A stretch of 64,000 nt of DNA from Marsupella aquatica (GCA_973895155.1 OZ316896.1:12628549-12692548); one strand, 5' to 3'. Counted from the first letter of the stretch, positions 10,377 to 24,148 are shown. Translations and numbers: made by a program. The notes: generated by a model from the sequence alone, not told the origin.

Positions 10377-13279
10377 ATGGCGCTCGAGGTAACGCAGATT
10401 CTGCTGAACGCACAGTCGGCAGACGGAGCCGTGCGTAAGCTTGCAGAAGAGAATCTGAAGCAATTCCAGGAGCAGAACCTGGCAGCTTTTCTCATCTCTC
10501 TGTCGAATGAGCTAGCGAATAATGAAAAGCCCGCAGAGAGTCGAAAGCTCGCTGGCCTTATTCTCAAGAACTCGTTGGACGCTAAAGAAGCTCCACGTAA
10601 GGCAGAACTCGTACAGAAATGGATATCCCTCGAGCCTGGCATCAAGACGCAGATCAAGACTTCTCTCCTCCAAACCCTATCATCCGTGAGCCCCGATGGA
10701 AGCTCTTGGTCGGGCGGAAGGCCGATCTGGCACACATCCGCACAGGTCGTGGCCAAAATCGCTGCCATAGAGCTCCCTCTCCAAGAGTGGCAGGAACTTG
10801 TCGGAACTCTATTGGCGAACATGGGCGGGGCGAATGCTGAGCAACCAGCGCAGCTCAAACAGGCCACTCTCGAGACTTTGGGGTTCATTTGCGAGGAAGT
10901 TTCTGCAGATGTATTAGCCCAGGAGCAGGTGAATTCCATCCTCACTGCCGTTGTACAGGGAATGAATGCCACGGAGACGAGCAACGATGTCAGATTGGCT
11001 GCCACAAGGGCCCTCTACAATGCCCTCGACTTTGCTCAGACCAACTTCGAAAATAATTTGGAACGAGATTATATCATGAGAGTCGTCTGTGAGGCCACTC
11101 TATCTCTCGATGTAAGAGTTAGACAAGCAGCTTTCGAGTGTTTGGTTTCTATATCCTCCACCTACTATGATAAGCTCTCAGTGTACATGCAAGATATCTT
11201 TGCCATCACCTCCAAGGCTGTTAAGGAGGACGAGGAACCCGTTGCCTTGCAAGCGATCGAGTTCTGGAGTTCTATTTGTGACGAGGAGATAGAAATTCAG
11301 GATGAATACTCCGGCGATTTTTCCGGCGATTCGGAGGTACCTTATTTCAAATTCATCAAGCAAGCTTTACCTGCTCTCGTCCCCATGCTGCTTGAGACCC
11401 TAACGAAGCAAGACGAGGACCAGAGCGAAGAAGAGGGGGCATGGAATCTGGCCATGGCAGGAGGAACATGTTTAGGTCTTGTAGCAAGAACTGTGGGAGA
11501 TGATGTTGTCCCTTTGGTTATGCCCTTTGTCCAAGAGAATGTTTCTAAGCCTGACTGGAGGTGCAGAGAGGCGGCCACTTACGCATTTGGATCTATTCTG
11601 GAGGGACCATCCTTGGAGAAACTCACACCTCTTGTGAACGTCGCTCTCAACTTCATGTTGAATGCCATGAAGGATGAGAACAATCATGTCAAGGATACCA
11701 CTGCTTGGACCCTTGGAAGAATTTTTGAATTTTTGCATGGCCCGAATATAGATAATCCAGTGATAACACAGGTCAATTTGCCCCTCATTCTAACTGTACT
11801 CCTGGAGAGCATCGCCGACGCTCCTAATGTGGCTGAAAAGGTTTGTGGGGCTATTTACTTTCTCGCCCAAGGCTATGAGGAAACTGGCGTTTCTTCATCC
11901 CCCTTGTCACCCTTTTTCCAGAACATTGTGCAGGCCTTATTAGCCACCACGGTTAGAGAGGATGCTGGCGACTCGAGACTTCGCTCGTCTGCTTACGAAA
12001 CCCTCAACGAAGTTGTCAGATGCTCTACGGAAGACACCGCTCCGATTGTCATGCAGTTGGTTCCGGTCATCATGCAGAAGCTCAACAGCACCTTGGAGAT
12101 GCAGATCCTATCTTCCGACGACAGAGAGAAGCAAAGCGAGTTGCAGGCTCTTCTATGCGGTGTTTTGCAGGTTATTATTCAAAAGCTGGGTGCTTCAGAC
12201 GCTACGAAGTATGGAATTGTGCAATACGCGGATCAAATGATGAGCCTCTTTCTCCGAGTCTTCGCCTGCAGGAGTGCCACAGTCCACGAAGAAGCTATGC
12301 TGGCAATTGGGGCCTTGGCATACGCTACAGGTGCGGAATTTGGAAAGTACATGAACGAGTTTTACAGATATCTCGAGATGGGGCTCCAAAACTTTGAGGA
12401 GTACCAAGTTTGTGCCGTGACCGTTGGTGTCGTTGGAGATATCTGCCGGGCATTGGATGACAAAGTCTCACCCTACTGCGATGGCATTATGACTCAACTG
12501 CTCAAGGACCTCTCCAGCAATCAGCTCCATCGCTCTGTTAAACCCCCAATCTTCTCTTGCTTTGGAGATATCGCCCTGGCCATTGGCGAGCACTTTGAGA
12601 AGTATTTGAGTTATGCCATGCCTATGCTTCAAGGTGCCGCTGAGCTGTCAGCGATGCAAGCTGTTCGGGATGACGAAATGATCGACTACAATAATCAGCT
12701 GCGGAGTGGAATTTTTGAGGCTTATTCTGGAATTTTCCAAGGGTTCAAGAACTCGAAGGCGGAGTTGATGGGGCAATACGCTGGTTTCATCTTGCAGTTT
12801 ATTGAGAACGTTTACCAGGACAAAGATAGGTCAGCCCCGCGGTAGATTTGCATCCTTTCTTTAATTCTATTAGGCTCTTAGATGGAATTTAATTGTAGGC
12901 ATCTCATTGGATGTCATTCTGGTTTTAGTCTGCTTTGCTTCTTTGGCTAACCTTGGCTGGTTGAACTGTGGATAGTGAACTGGGCAGGCTGGATTCTTTT
13001 GAAGAACTGTGTGTGGTAGTAGTATACGATCTGATAGTCATATATTAATGTCCGAGTGTTTCGCCGTTGTGTTTCGACAGGGATGATGTGGTGACGAAGG
13101 CTGCCATTGGAGTGATGGGTGACTTAGCAGACACGATGGGAGCTAGTGCTGCAGTTTTGTTCAGACGATCGGTATTCTACAAGGACTTCCTCGATGAGTG
13201 TACATCTTCGGATGACCAACAATTAAAAGAGACGGCAGAGTGGGCACAGGTTACAATCAACCGGATCATTGCAGTGTGA
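10377..13279 (+). CDS. KPNB1: Importin subunit beta-1 (karyopherin beta 1), 2 coding exons, ~883 aa
   Basis: The protein starts MALEVTQILLNAQSADG and has the IBN_N motif (RKLAGLILKNSL), HEAT repeats, AIEFWSSICDEE and the acidic loop KQDEDQSEEEGAWN. Exons 10377-12829 and 13081-13279 join across a GT..AG intron (KDR/DDVVTKAA). Confidence 0.96.
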
Positions 13280-16200
13280 TCCTTGTCATTCATAGTAGAA
13301 GAATTTTTTCCATCATTTTCCTCTGTATTATTGCCTACATTTGTTTCTTACTACCACGTAAGATACTCTCACTTTTCACGCGGCCCTCGTGTTTTAAAAT
13401 GTCACGAACAGGCCCGATATGTTGGTTTAAGAGTGCCAACATTACGAAGCAGAGCCCCAGCTGTTTTCAATGTTTTGAAAACAGCAACGTTGAATAAGTA
13501 ATCGTAGGTCAGTATTTCGGTAATGAAGTACAGTCCCAGCGCTTCTTGTCAGACCTTAAACACCCCTTCGTCCTTGTTTGTATGTCTGGTCTGGTTTGGT
13601 TACAGCACGTATTTTTGGTCAGGTGTTGTGGCTCACCTTATAGGAGTTAGATATGGATTGGGCACCAACATTGACAATTTGGGGTTCATTATCTGAACCC
13701 TAAAGCTGTTTAATTGGCTTCTATTGAAAGAAGTCTCTGTTTAATCTACGGGGTTCAAGTTCTTCATCCTCTGCCTTTGGGCTTATGAATCGGATTTCGT
13801 TTCGAATCTATCTGCATGCTGTACGAGCTGCAATTGCTTCCAGTTCAATTCAGGATTATTGAATCCCTCCCTGGGATGGTCTTTGTGTTAATGCAAGACT
13901 CACGGAGATGGGCATACTGATGTAATTTCTCTTTGTGATTTTTCTGGAGTTTTGGAAAGCAAAAGGAGTACGCGCAAGCAGGCCATGGAGTTTGAAATTA
14001 CCATTCACTGTTGCTTAAAGAATACCTTGTAGATGAGAGTTCAAGTTGGCATGATGGGTGTGTGACAGTACCACAGTGCAAATCAGTCGACTCATCGCTT
14101 GCCATTTCGTCCTGTTTAGCTTCTTTTAGATGCAATAGTGTGATACGTTGCCGAAGTGCAGTATTGTTGACTTATGTCTTCGACACTCGCAAAACTATGA
14201 TACTTCCGCAGTAGTGCATAAACTCGTCACTTGCGATGTCTTCTGTGTAAATTCGTTTTAATATTCGCTAAAGTTGACCTACTGTGCAGCAATTTTTACT
14301 CCGAAATGTTTTTCGTCGCATATTTGTTCGTCGTCAACTGTGATACCCTGAAAAAGTGCATAGACTGATATTTTCCTGTATAATTTCTTTTAAAACTTGG
14401 AAGCATCTGCTTTACTTTGCAGCAATCTTCACTTCGAAGTGCTTAGTCGCAAAAATCTAGGACGAATGGTGCTCCTCACCTGTTTGGCGCCGTTATCATT
14501 GTTCTAATTGACGGAGATTTCTTTCTCTTGCGGTCTTCCATTTTTCCTAGAAGTCTGGAGGGCCAGGGAATATTGTACTCTTTCGAAATAAATTCAAGTC
14601 TCGAGTATGCTAGCCTGGAAGGAATTTCATGTCATTGAGTTGTACAGTTCAAAATTCTGTGTTTTGATATTTAGTTTCTTGAACGCCCGGTGATTCCATG
14701 TCCGTACGATGAACTTGAGGTTTAACTGATAGTATTGTGTAAACTTGAAGTACTAGTAAAAGCAAATGTGACTTAAGTTTTGCCCAACTTGTTATGATGA
14801 AAAAATGACCATCTCTCCCTCTTTCAAAGGTCATGAAGTTCGGAGGGATGTCTCGTTTACCGTAACAGCGAGTGATCGAAACGGTAGCGTGATGCTCCTT
14901 GAGCTTGTTGAGATTAGATCTAGGTCTCTGGTCCCCGAAATAATATTTGCTACTCTACGGCTTCTCTCATCCTCGGTAGGAAATCCAAGTTTTCATCCGG
15001 AAAGGCGAGTGTGTTCTTATTGTAGGATTCGGTTATCTCGACTTCATGATACTTGAAAACCAGAGCTCATCTGCCTCTAAAGTCGCCATTGGATAGCTTG
15101 GGTAGAGATTTTGCACATTCCAGAAAATGGCAATGGACGTGGAAACTTGTGCGGATGCATTGGCCATCAAGATGTTTCTGTGCATGAAGTGTGCCCTGTA
15201 GGAGCGTTACACCTTTTGCAACGGAGTGAGTCACGTTTGGCTTTGGCAGATACTGCAGGTACCTTAGATACCTCCACCCAAGGTTGGATGTGAAATTTGA
15301 TACACAAAGCCGCAAAAATGAGCAAAGATTTATCTCTGTCGAAGAGGTTCTTCACAGCATCTCCAGTCACAATTATAGGGGGCCATAACCTATCCCCAAA
15401 TCCGGAGCCCCTCTTCGCTGTAGGCACGGAATGGTGGATTAGGAACAATGAAGGTATTTAGGGCTGGTGTTTCCGTAACTGGTCCGAGGATTAGAGCTTT
15501 TTCGGAAGAGCATTTAAGTCCCAAACGATTGTCTCAGTCCAATTTGCCATGAAGCCCCAAAAGCCCCAAAAGGTAGTCTAGTCTAAAATTTAGTGCGGGT
15601 CCTTCAGTCATGACTTTCAAGGTCCAAAAATTGTTTCACTGAATTTGAATGGTATGTTAGAGTACATTACAATGCCTCCAAATTCAAGCAAAGGAAAGCC
15701 CTTCAAGAGCTGCATTAGAGTTTACCGGTCAACGATACAATGAAGTAGCGACGTTTATGGGAGCATCTTAATTTTCGATCGGTGTGGAGGGAGAATTGGT
15801 CTTAAGTGAGATACTGTCAGGGCCTACACAATCGGACATTTTCTTTAGCTAATAATGAGATAGTTTTACTGCCATTATCGCTTTACGACGTCCCTGTTAA
15901 AATGAGGAATGCAGAATCCCATCCCCTACCTTCTAGAACCCGAAGCAGAACTCCTGTAATGTGTGTGATAGACGACTATTCGGGCATGCAGGCTTTTGTA
16001 GTATAAGTTCTCTGGGTGTCACAAAGTAATTTGGGTTCTCCCAGGTTGGCTACCATACCATTGTTATCGGATTGCTAGGACCAACCATGTGATTTCTTGG
16101 ACTAAAAAGCTTGTTCGGCTCTATTCTTTATCACATCAGACGCCAACCACACTGTACTTCATTCTGGTTCATTTTTTCTCAGGACGAGAATCGTGCCACT

Positions 16201-17010
16201 CTTCCTCTTCTGATGTATGCGTGGTCCGAGGTTGAAGGAGCGAGGAAGGAGCCCAGAGTTCCCTTCAATAGGAGCTAGGTATTCCATCCAGGAGTGTGTC
16301 TGGCAACCGTCCAATTTATTTGTCCATGACGAATTTTACAGCAAGTCAGCTTCTGGCCTGTAATTTCCAGGCGGAGTCTTGATTGCTGCTTGCAGACTTC
16401 CAAACTGAAATTACCGAAGCCCTTTCTTCTCCATATACCGAGGTTGATTGATGTAAGTCAGCTATAATTCTATTAGAAGAGTATTAGCATCTTCTGCATT
16501 GCTGAATTCAATTACTATGTACGATGACGTTGTCTAGGAGTCGCAAATCCAAGTGAAACCTTTGTGGGCATTTCCTGCATCGCTTCTTCCAAATACAAAT
16601 GACGATTGCGTTGTCTGGAAATCCTTAATCGAATTAATCATTTGGGGCAGTACCTCTCCATCCGAAAACTTTTAAGTAAAATGCCACTCGCTCATCGACC
16701 TGATGTGCAAAATCTCTTCATCCAGCACGACGTAGGGAAGGCAGTCGACCGGTCGTGCAAACCGCTAGCCAAGGAACTCTACTAGTCAGGAGAGTTCGAG
16801 TCTCTTCAATAGAAAGAGTGACCGAGTGAAAACTTTCCGAGAGCAATTTCAACGCAATAGACGGCAGTATTCATAGTTTTTGAAGGTGGAGGCTTGTAGA
16901 TACAAAGTTGCTTTCCATTTCAGCATTTGAATGCAGATCTGCTTTCTGCAGCTTCAACACCGATGAAGGCAGAAATTTCCCGAATCTTGCTCTGTACCTT
17001 ACTACGTAAG

Positions 17011-17061
17011 ATGCAATGCCAAATTTGATGCAATGCCAAATTTGATGCAATGCCAAATTTG
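17011..17061. repeat. 17-bp tandem repeat x3
   Basis: ATGCAATGCCAAATTTG is repeated three times. Confidence 0.9.
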
Positions 17062-17707
17062 TCCAGTGAAGGAACACACCGAATCCGCGTCCGTATTGAT
17101 GGCTGCAATGCCGATGGAAAGATTAGAAAGTGGAGTCCTTTCCCTTGCAGAAAACAAGCCTTGTTCCTTGTTCCTTGAGACAATGATTTGGTCATACGGG
17201 AGCGAGGAGACGGGAGGTCGAATACGGGAAAAGAGTGAAAGTTATTCATTCATTCATTAATTCATTCATACTAATGAAACAGCAGGAGCACGTGACAAAT
17301 GCGATCCATGTGTATCTCCATGTCTTTCGTTGTCTAAAATGCTCGCGTTAAGGACTAACTGACTGAGTGGCAGGCAGCAGCGATGGAAATGGGGGGCCCT
17401 GAAGTTGAGATGAGAACTGAAAAGCATTTGAGCCAGGTGGGCGCCCCAGTCACTCAAAATTGAGTGAGGGATAGATGGATCAAGGATTGAATCTGAGGAA
17501 AATTAAGCCTGGGAAGTGGACGACTGAGAGGCATTTGAGGTTGGTGGAGGGATCTCCACCGAAAAGTGAGTGGAGATAGATGGCTGGAAGATAAGGCAAC
17601 GGCTGGAAGGAGCCTTCTGCTGTGCAAATTTGAGTGCCATGACTTGAAGGCATGAAGGAGGGAGGCAGATTTTGATGCAGAGTTAACGAGGAGGGAGCGA
17701 CATCGCC

Positions 17708-20348
17708 ATGGCTGAACCACAACTCAGTCCGCCAGTTTCTGGGGCTACTGTTGCCGAGCCCTCGACAGCAGAAGCAACTGCTGCTCCAGTGGCAGCAGCT
17801 GACGCTCCGACTCCAGCAGCAGCAGTAGGAGGAGGCGCAGAGGGAGCAACACCTGTAGCTGCAGAGACGGCAGGAGCAGGGGAGCCCGCCAAATCGAGGG
17901 AGAGGAGGGTCTCGAGGAGAAAGACTAGTTTGAAGAAGAAGGAAGAGGAGGGAAATGAAGAGGAAGTTCAGGTGCCTAAAATCATTTACCCCATCGACAG
18001 CAAGATCCAGGAGACCTTACGAAGGGCTTGGACTCTCTTCATCAAGAAAGGGCAGAAGAAGAAGACAGAAATTGCAGAACTGCAAGTTCCCTCTTCCTTT
18101 CTAGTGTGGCTTCCATTCAGTAGGAACTCATCTCTGCATTCACTTTTATCAAACTTAGATAAGAGTTCGGTAGGTCAGATTTGTAAACTTCCTTTGGAAA
18201 TCAGAGAATTAGATTGGTTTTTGAATAGTCTAGGTCTTCGCTTCCCCTCCAAGGCATCCATCAGGTATATATATATATATATTTCTGTTGCACTTGGATC
18301 AGAGAGATCGGTAGGTAACGTCATTAGACACTTGAATTCGGTTTTGCCTCTTGATTCTGCTGCACGCCCTTCATGGCCTGTGACTTCTGACTCATGAAAG
18401 TCTGTTCATTTTGGTTTATGGCCAATTTAATTCCCGTGGACTTTTTAGTTTCTTCATTCATTTTCTGTGCCTTTTCTCCCACCTGAAGGCCTCAACATCG
18501 AGGAGTGAGAATCGAACGAGCCTTATATACATTGAATTGTATTAAGACGATAGTTCAGACCTTCAATGATGATTTTTGAGACTATAATCATCCACCTAAG
18601 TGTCTTCCCACAGTTGTCGAACAACATTGATGAGAAAGAAACGAAAAGAAAATTGAAGGAAAGATATGGAATGCCCTTTCTTCAGCTAAATCTTTACCAG
18701 TGCTTCATTGAAACAGCCCATGGTCCGAAGCACCGTTCAAGCCAGACGAGCAACATAGTGACACTGCCTGGCTTGCTTGCATGCCTGCAGGGACATACCG
18801 ACGGTGATGAGGTCCATCGCCATAAACCCCACGGAGACACAAGTAAAGGAGGTCATTGCCAATGTGGGTACTATCAATAAACCAGATTCAATGAGTACGA
18901 TGGACCGAGCTTTAAACTGTCAAATACAGCTTTCGAAGAATAATTGTTCATGAGACAAATTTAAATTATGAGACTAACTAACAAAAATACGGTTGGGTGC
19001 TGTACCTGTGTATGTATGTGAACAGACTAAGGCGCAGGATGTGACCACAATTTCCAAAGGCTTCGTGACTTACGAGTGCTTTGAGCAGAGAATGGCAGAG
19101 AGCTTTCAACTGGAGCCTGACAAATTCCTCCGCAACAGCAAGGAACGGATTCTTGCCGCATTACATGTAATCTATCTTTGAATTTTCTTAGTCTTTCAGC
19201 GTTCAGGAGTCACAGACCCGGACACCTCACGCTTAAAGATCATGAACCCAGATAAGCACATTTCTGGATCGAGCAACAACCACAGCTGACTCTAAGATTG
19301 TTTATCTGGGTTCAAATTCAAGAAAGTTACTTTCTGCGTCTAAAACTCCGCCTTCATGGAACCCTATGGTAACAATCAATTCACTCATTTGGTCCTCTCT
19401 TGACGATTTCTCCTTCTCGTACCTTACCTCTGCTTGGCCTAGTTTAATTAAGTGGTTGTTTTTGTGATTCACTCTCTTTTCCAGCATCTCGCTTGCTTTC
19501 TTACTCGAACAAGAATAGCACTGTCAGAGGACTTGTGGCTTCTGTGTAAGCGTCATCCCTGCTCAGCCAGGACTGTCGTGGTGATTGCAGACAATCTCTG
19601 GTGGAGTCAATGAAATGAATGCGGCAGATTTGAAGGTATTAACCATATCAGTCTCTGTTGGGAGACAGATCTCCCCGGGTTGTCCATCTGAACAGAATCA
19701 AGAGCTCAGCCACCCGAGAATCTTTTACATGGACCTGTCAGCACTTAACCCCCTATATCGGTTTGATTTTCTCATTCGGCAAGGAATCGATTACGTCCCA
19801 CTGACACCTTGTGAATCCCTTGTGATATGATCAGTTGACAAATAGAACTGGAGACAGACCAAGCATTTTTTGTTCGTAAGCTTTGTGTATTCGTGAATTA
19901 TACGAGTGCAAGTGCGTTTTAGCTGTTCTTGGAAGTCTCCTCCGTTGTCAAAGAGACAAGGATCAAAGAGTTACTTTAATGCTACTTAAATCACGACACT
20001 GAAGCACGGCTATCACTAGTGATGCAGACCCTGGAGCAAAATCTTACCTTAACTATTTGCGCAGAGTTAGAGAAGTTCACAACACCCTTTGCTGAAGTCT
20101 TTCAGTATGCCTGACCTTCAAATTGACAAAAATGGACGTAGACTATTAATTAGTACTTGCTTGTCTTCTTTGGCAAAACGCAGAAGATAATGATGACCAA
20201 GGGTGACGTCATGACAGAACAAGAGGCAGCACTAATGGTCCGCAATGCTGGGGACAGAGACACAGGAAAGGTTTATGTTGAGGAATATGCAGACGTTCTT
20301 TATAAGGATGGAATTCCTCAACCTCCCCCGGATCCCACGGTCTGGTAA
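17708..20348 (+). CDS. Calmodulin-like EF-hand protein resembling dynein regulatory complex subunit 8 (DRC8/EFCAB2), 5 exons, ~265 aa
   Basis: Exons 17708-18081 (GC donor), 18791-18863, 19026-19166, 19591-19635 and 20184-20348 splice into one frame: ..LRRAWTLF..ELDIPTVMRSIAINPTETQVKEVIAN..KGFVTYECFEQRM..ERILAALH..ADLKKIMMTKGDVMTEQEAALMVRNAGDRDTGKVYVEEYADVL. This is the helix-loop-helix pattern of the calmodulin/myosin light chain/EFCAB2 family. The DRC8 assignment is from recalled similarity. Confidence 0.75.
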
Positions 20349-21301
20349 TAGAAGGTTACTACTGAGGAGCGGGCCGATACGCTGTTTTAGGAGCGTCCTA
20401 AAACCTGGTCTCACTAGACATCCCGACAGTTTAGTCAAGCGCATACTTAAAGTTGAGACTAGTTGGGAATAGAGATCTGAATTTGTGTGGCCGCAATTCA
20501 GAAGTACTACCCCTTGGTCATTCATGGGCAACTACAAAACTTCTTTTGCGGGGTGGGGCAAGATTTCAGTAATGTAGGACCTCTGTTAACACGAAACCTG
20601 CAACCTGCCCCAGTTACACAGCAGGCCCCAACTTTGTTTTTCAGTTGGGCGGGTGAGTTGAATCATGATGTTCGAATTCCGCATTTCAATATGCTAATTG
20701 GCAGCCTAAAAAAACGCACAAGAATTTTAGATTATGACATTATATTTACTCTACTGGAAACGCAACATTGTGACATCAGTTGTCCCTTTTTGCCGAGAGT
20801 TGTTGACTCAGTATAAGTAAGAACCAACAGCGCCCAGCAAGCCTAAAGAACGCATCATTTGCTCCCCGTCTGTTATCTAGTCAGAGCAACTTCCAATTAG
20901 AAGTTGAATGAATAGAACTTGCAAACGCCCCTTCAATAGAAATCCAGCGTGGGAGGCCATATGCAAGATTTGGCAAACCAGTTTAACTCCACACAATTAT
21001 TTCGAGGGAGAGCCAGAAAGAGACAAATAGAAAGAACACAAAAATAGCATAGCAACATCTCTGCTTGATCATCGAATTGCAATACAAACGATAGGCCGCA
21101 TGTCTTGTGATTCGTTTCTTTTGACCTGCCTAGTTAGTGCTAAGGCGATACGTCTCAGGATTTTATATGATAAAATGGATTAAGAAGCTCCTCTGAAATT
21201 GTTCGGGAATTTTTACAGACTTAACGAATTGGGAGTATCCTCCAGAACGAAAATTCGGGACACTGCAAATGGAAAAATGACGTACAGGCATCCCTGGCCG
21301 G

Positions 21302-23866
21302 TTACACAGTAACAGGCTGCTTGACTGCGTTAAGAATCTTGTCATCTAGTTCAAACTTAGAAGAGAGATCCTTCTTATCACGCCCTATTTTCACATATTC
21401 CTCATAGCGTTCTTTCAAAACCTCTGGCAGGTTTGTTTTGCTTTCAAATCCTAGTAGATCTTTTGCAGCTCTCGGCTCTGCGTAAAAGTGCTGCATAGCA
21501 AACAAACGAACAACTCCTTTAGAGTAAGTTATTCTGCAAAATCCAGAACTCAAGCTCGACAGCTTTAAAAGGAGGTACCCATGTCCATTCAACCTGATAT
21601 TATAGCACAGTATCATACTGAAGTCCTGTAGACATCAATATCTTGGGACTCCTCAACCATCATATATCTTTGGGCATCCATGATACATATTGGTAGCATA
21701 AAATGTAAGGATGGATCTTTCATACACAGAAGCAGAGCATTTTAAGAAAGAAGTTCTTAGTTCCCGCGCCACCCCCTCGGCCACCCCCCCAAAAAAAACA
21801 AACAAACCCCCTTCTCCACGCAATTCCATAGGAATGGACCAAAAGCTCAGGCGAACTGCTCACCGTAATGCGGAAAGGAAATGCCTTCTTTGCCTCAACA
21901 CCAACTGCCTTCGGATTGTAGAGAACGATCTCCACATCTTTCCCTGCAGCTGCTGCTGCCAATCTTGCAAAACCAGCCAGTGTTACAGCACGGTTGCTGA
22001 CTGCGTTGAAGATTTGACCATTGGCGGACTCTGGTTTCTGTACAGCTAAAGTGAGGATAGCTGAAACATCTGAGATGTGTGCAATGTTCGTCAGCTGCAA
22101 ACCAGGCTCTGGAATAGGGACTGGTCTTCCCCTCACAATTCCTGTGTAAAAAATTACACACCAAGGTAACTTGTTAGCCGCGATATATTCCAATCAAATT
22201 TTACCATAAGCTTTCACAAATTTGGAATATGAATCACTACAATATCTGTTTAGAACACAAATCAACTCTTGTAGATCACAAACTAAACAATGTAACAAGC
22301 GTTGTGTTTAAAAAGGTTGCGTTGGATAATATCCACTTACGGTCAAAGAACCATTCCTCGCAGTCCTTATTGTTTCCAGATCCAGTCATGTATTGTGGTC
22401 GGAATGAAGCCCAGCTTTCAAATCCCAAGGTCTTCAAGTACTCCTCCACAACAGCATGCCCAGCAGTGCTCTTCACGGCATCCTGCATCGAAAGTCACAA
22501 ATAAATTGGAAAAAAAATCCCCATTGTTCATTCTCAACAAGAGTATGGCGTTACAAGTCATAAATTGAAAGCAACACTCACCCCTTCAACGTGGGGTGGC
22601 TCATCTGTAACCGAGTAGATTCCAGCACTGCTAATGAAGAGAAACTGTTTAGCTCCGGTACTCTTTGCCCAGTCTGCCACAGGTCTGATCCAACCAAAAA
22701 CGTAAGGAATCCATTTCAAATTATCGATACTACCAAAAATAATAATCCAGACAATCTGAAAATCTCAGTGAAAGGACTAAACTTTAAATAGGTCCTGTCT
22801 AATGCTCCCCTAGCTACTGATTCCAAGTCTCGTTTGGAGTAAGAGAGGAATGTGTACTACGTACAATACCACCATAAGACAGATTACACAGAAAGGAGTC
22901 CAGAATGACAATGCCCTGACCGGACTTAGGCAATAAATAGAAACTAAAACCTACGAAGACTCACTTGACTGCCTCCAAGTCCTTGCCACTATTTTCAAGC
23001 ACCACATCAAATTTTGCTCCACCAACGGTAGCCCCAACGTCCGAAGGATTTCCCCATACGGTTTTCACGCCAGTGTCTGTGAGTTCCTGCGAGAACCAAT
23101 TTAGGCACTTGTGATCTTGTGTGAAATGAACCAGACGTGCCTCTACTGACAAGAAGTTTTAGCTATTGCTTGAATAAAATGGTTCCTAAATCAACATTTC
23201 AAGTACACAATTTACAACATTTATGCCAAAAATTGATTCCGGGTATGAGCGCTTTTACAATCCTAACACTACGAACTGAATTTGACCAAAAAGATCTGAT
23301 CAGGATGCGTGGGAGAGCTCAGAGACTGACATACAAGGCTCCATGAAGAAACATTTTTGATGCATGACTTGATCTCAAAGTCCACTGATCACCAAGTAAA
23401 TTAACACATACTGGGGGAACCTTACCGAATACCGGGAGAAGGGTGGTTTCTTGTTCTTGTCGGAGGACTGCTCTCCCACCGTGAAGACGGTCACACCATA
23501 ACCAGCAGCCACCAAATCTTTGGCGAAGTAGAACCCAATTGCAGCGTGCCCACCGCTGTTGGTGTTAATAATCAGCACTTCCTTCTTCACAGCAGCGGCA
23601 TTCACGACCACCGAAGTCGCATTCTGTCCACTTCTTCCTCCGCGGCCCAATTTCCAAGCGCTCTTCGTGAACGCCTCCGCTGAGTGAAACAGAAACGGTG
23701 AAGTAGCAGAGCTCAACCTAGTACTGGTATGGAATTGTGAGGAAGGAGCAGCAGCAGAGCAGGAAACTGATGAGATAGCTCGGGACCTGCCGGACACCAC
23801 GTCCACTGAGGACGAAAAGCTTGTGAGGCCATTGACCCCCACAGCTTGCAGTGCAGCTACAGCCAT
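21302..23866 (-). CDS. CSP41A: Chloroplast stem-loop binding protein of 41 kDa a (atypical SDR/epimerase fold), 6 exons
   Basis: A Ser/Ala-rich transit peptide is followed by [55 protein letters not shown] and [10 protein letters not shown]. Exons 23426-23866, 22965-23086, 22582-22684, 22341-22482, 21864-22141 and 21302-21490 are all GT-AG with consistent phases. Confidence 0.94.
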
Positions 23867-24112
23867 TGGATTCAGATGGAATTCGCCTCAGCCTCGAGAC
23901 TTGTGCAAGTAATTGACAAGAGCTAACGAGGAGCGAAGTACAGTCCAGAGAATTGAATGTCCAGCGCGTCAGTCAATGTTGGGACCTTGGGCTGATTGAG
24001 ACCACGAGGGAGATATATGATTTCACCAGAGTTGAGATTGTTGAGATGGTTGCCAGCACTCTGCCCAAAGCGCCTGAATGAGAGGGGTTGTTTGTGACAA
24101 ATTCAGGGAGCC

Positions 24113-24148
24113 GAGAGGAGAGGAGAGGAGAGGAGAGGAGAGGAGAGA
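24113..24148. repeat. (GAGGA)n microsatellite
   Basis: About 7 copies of GAGGA upstream of CSP41a. Confidence 0.85.

Noticed and set aside
10313-12407. Antisense and alternative-frame ORFs within importin beta (and likewise within GCH1)
   Set aside because: They are shadow ORFs of long coding exons with no independent evidence.
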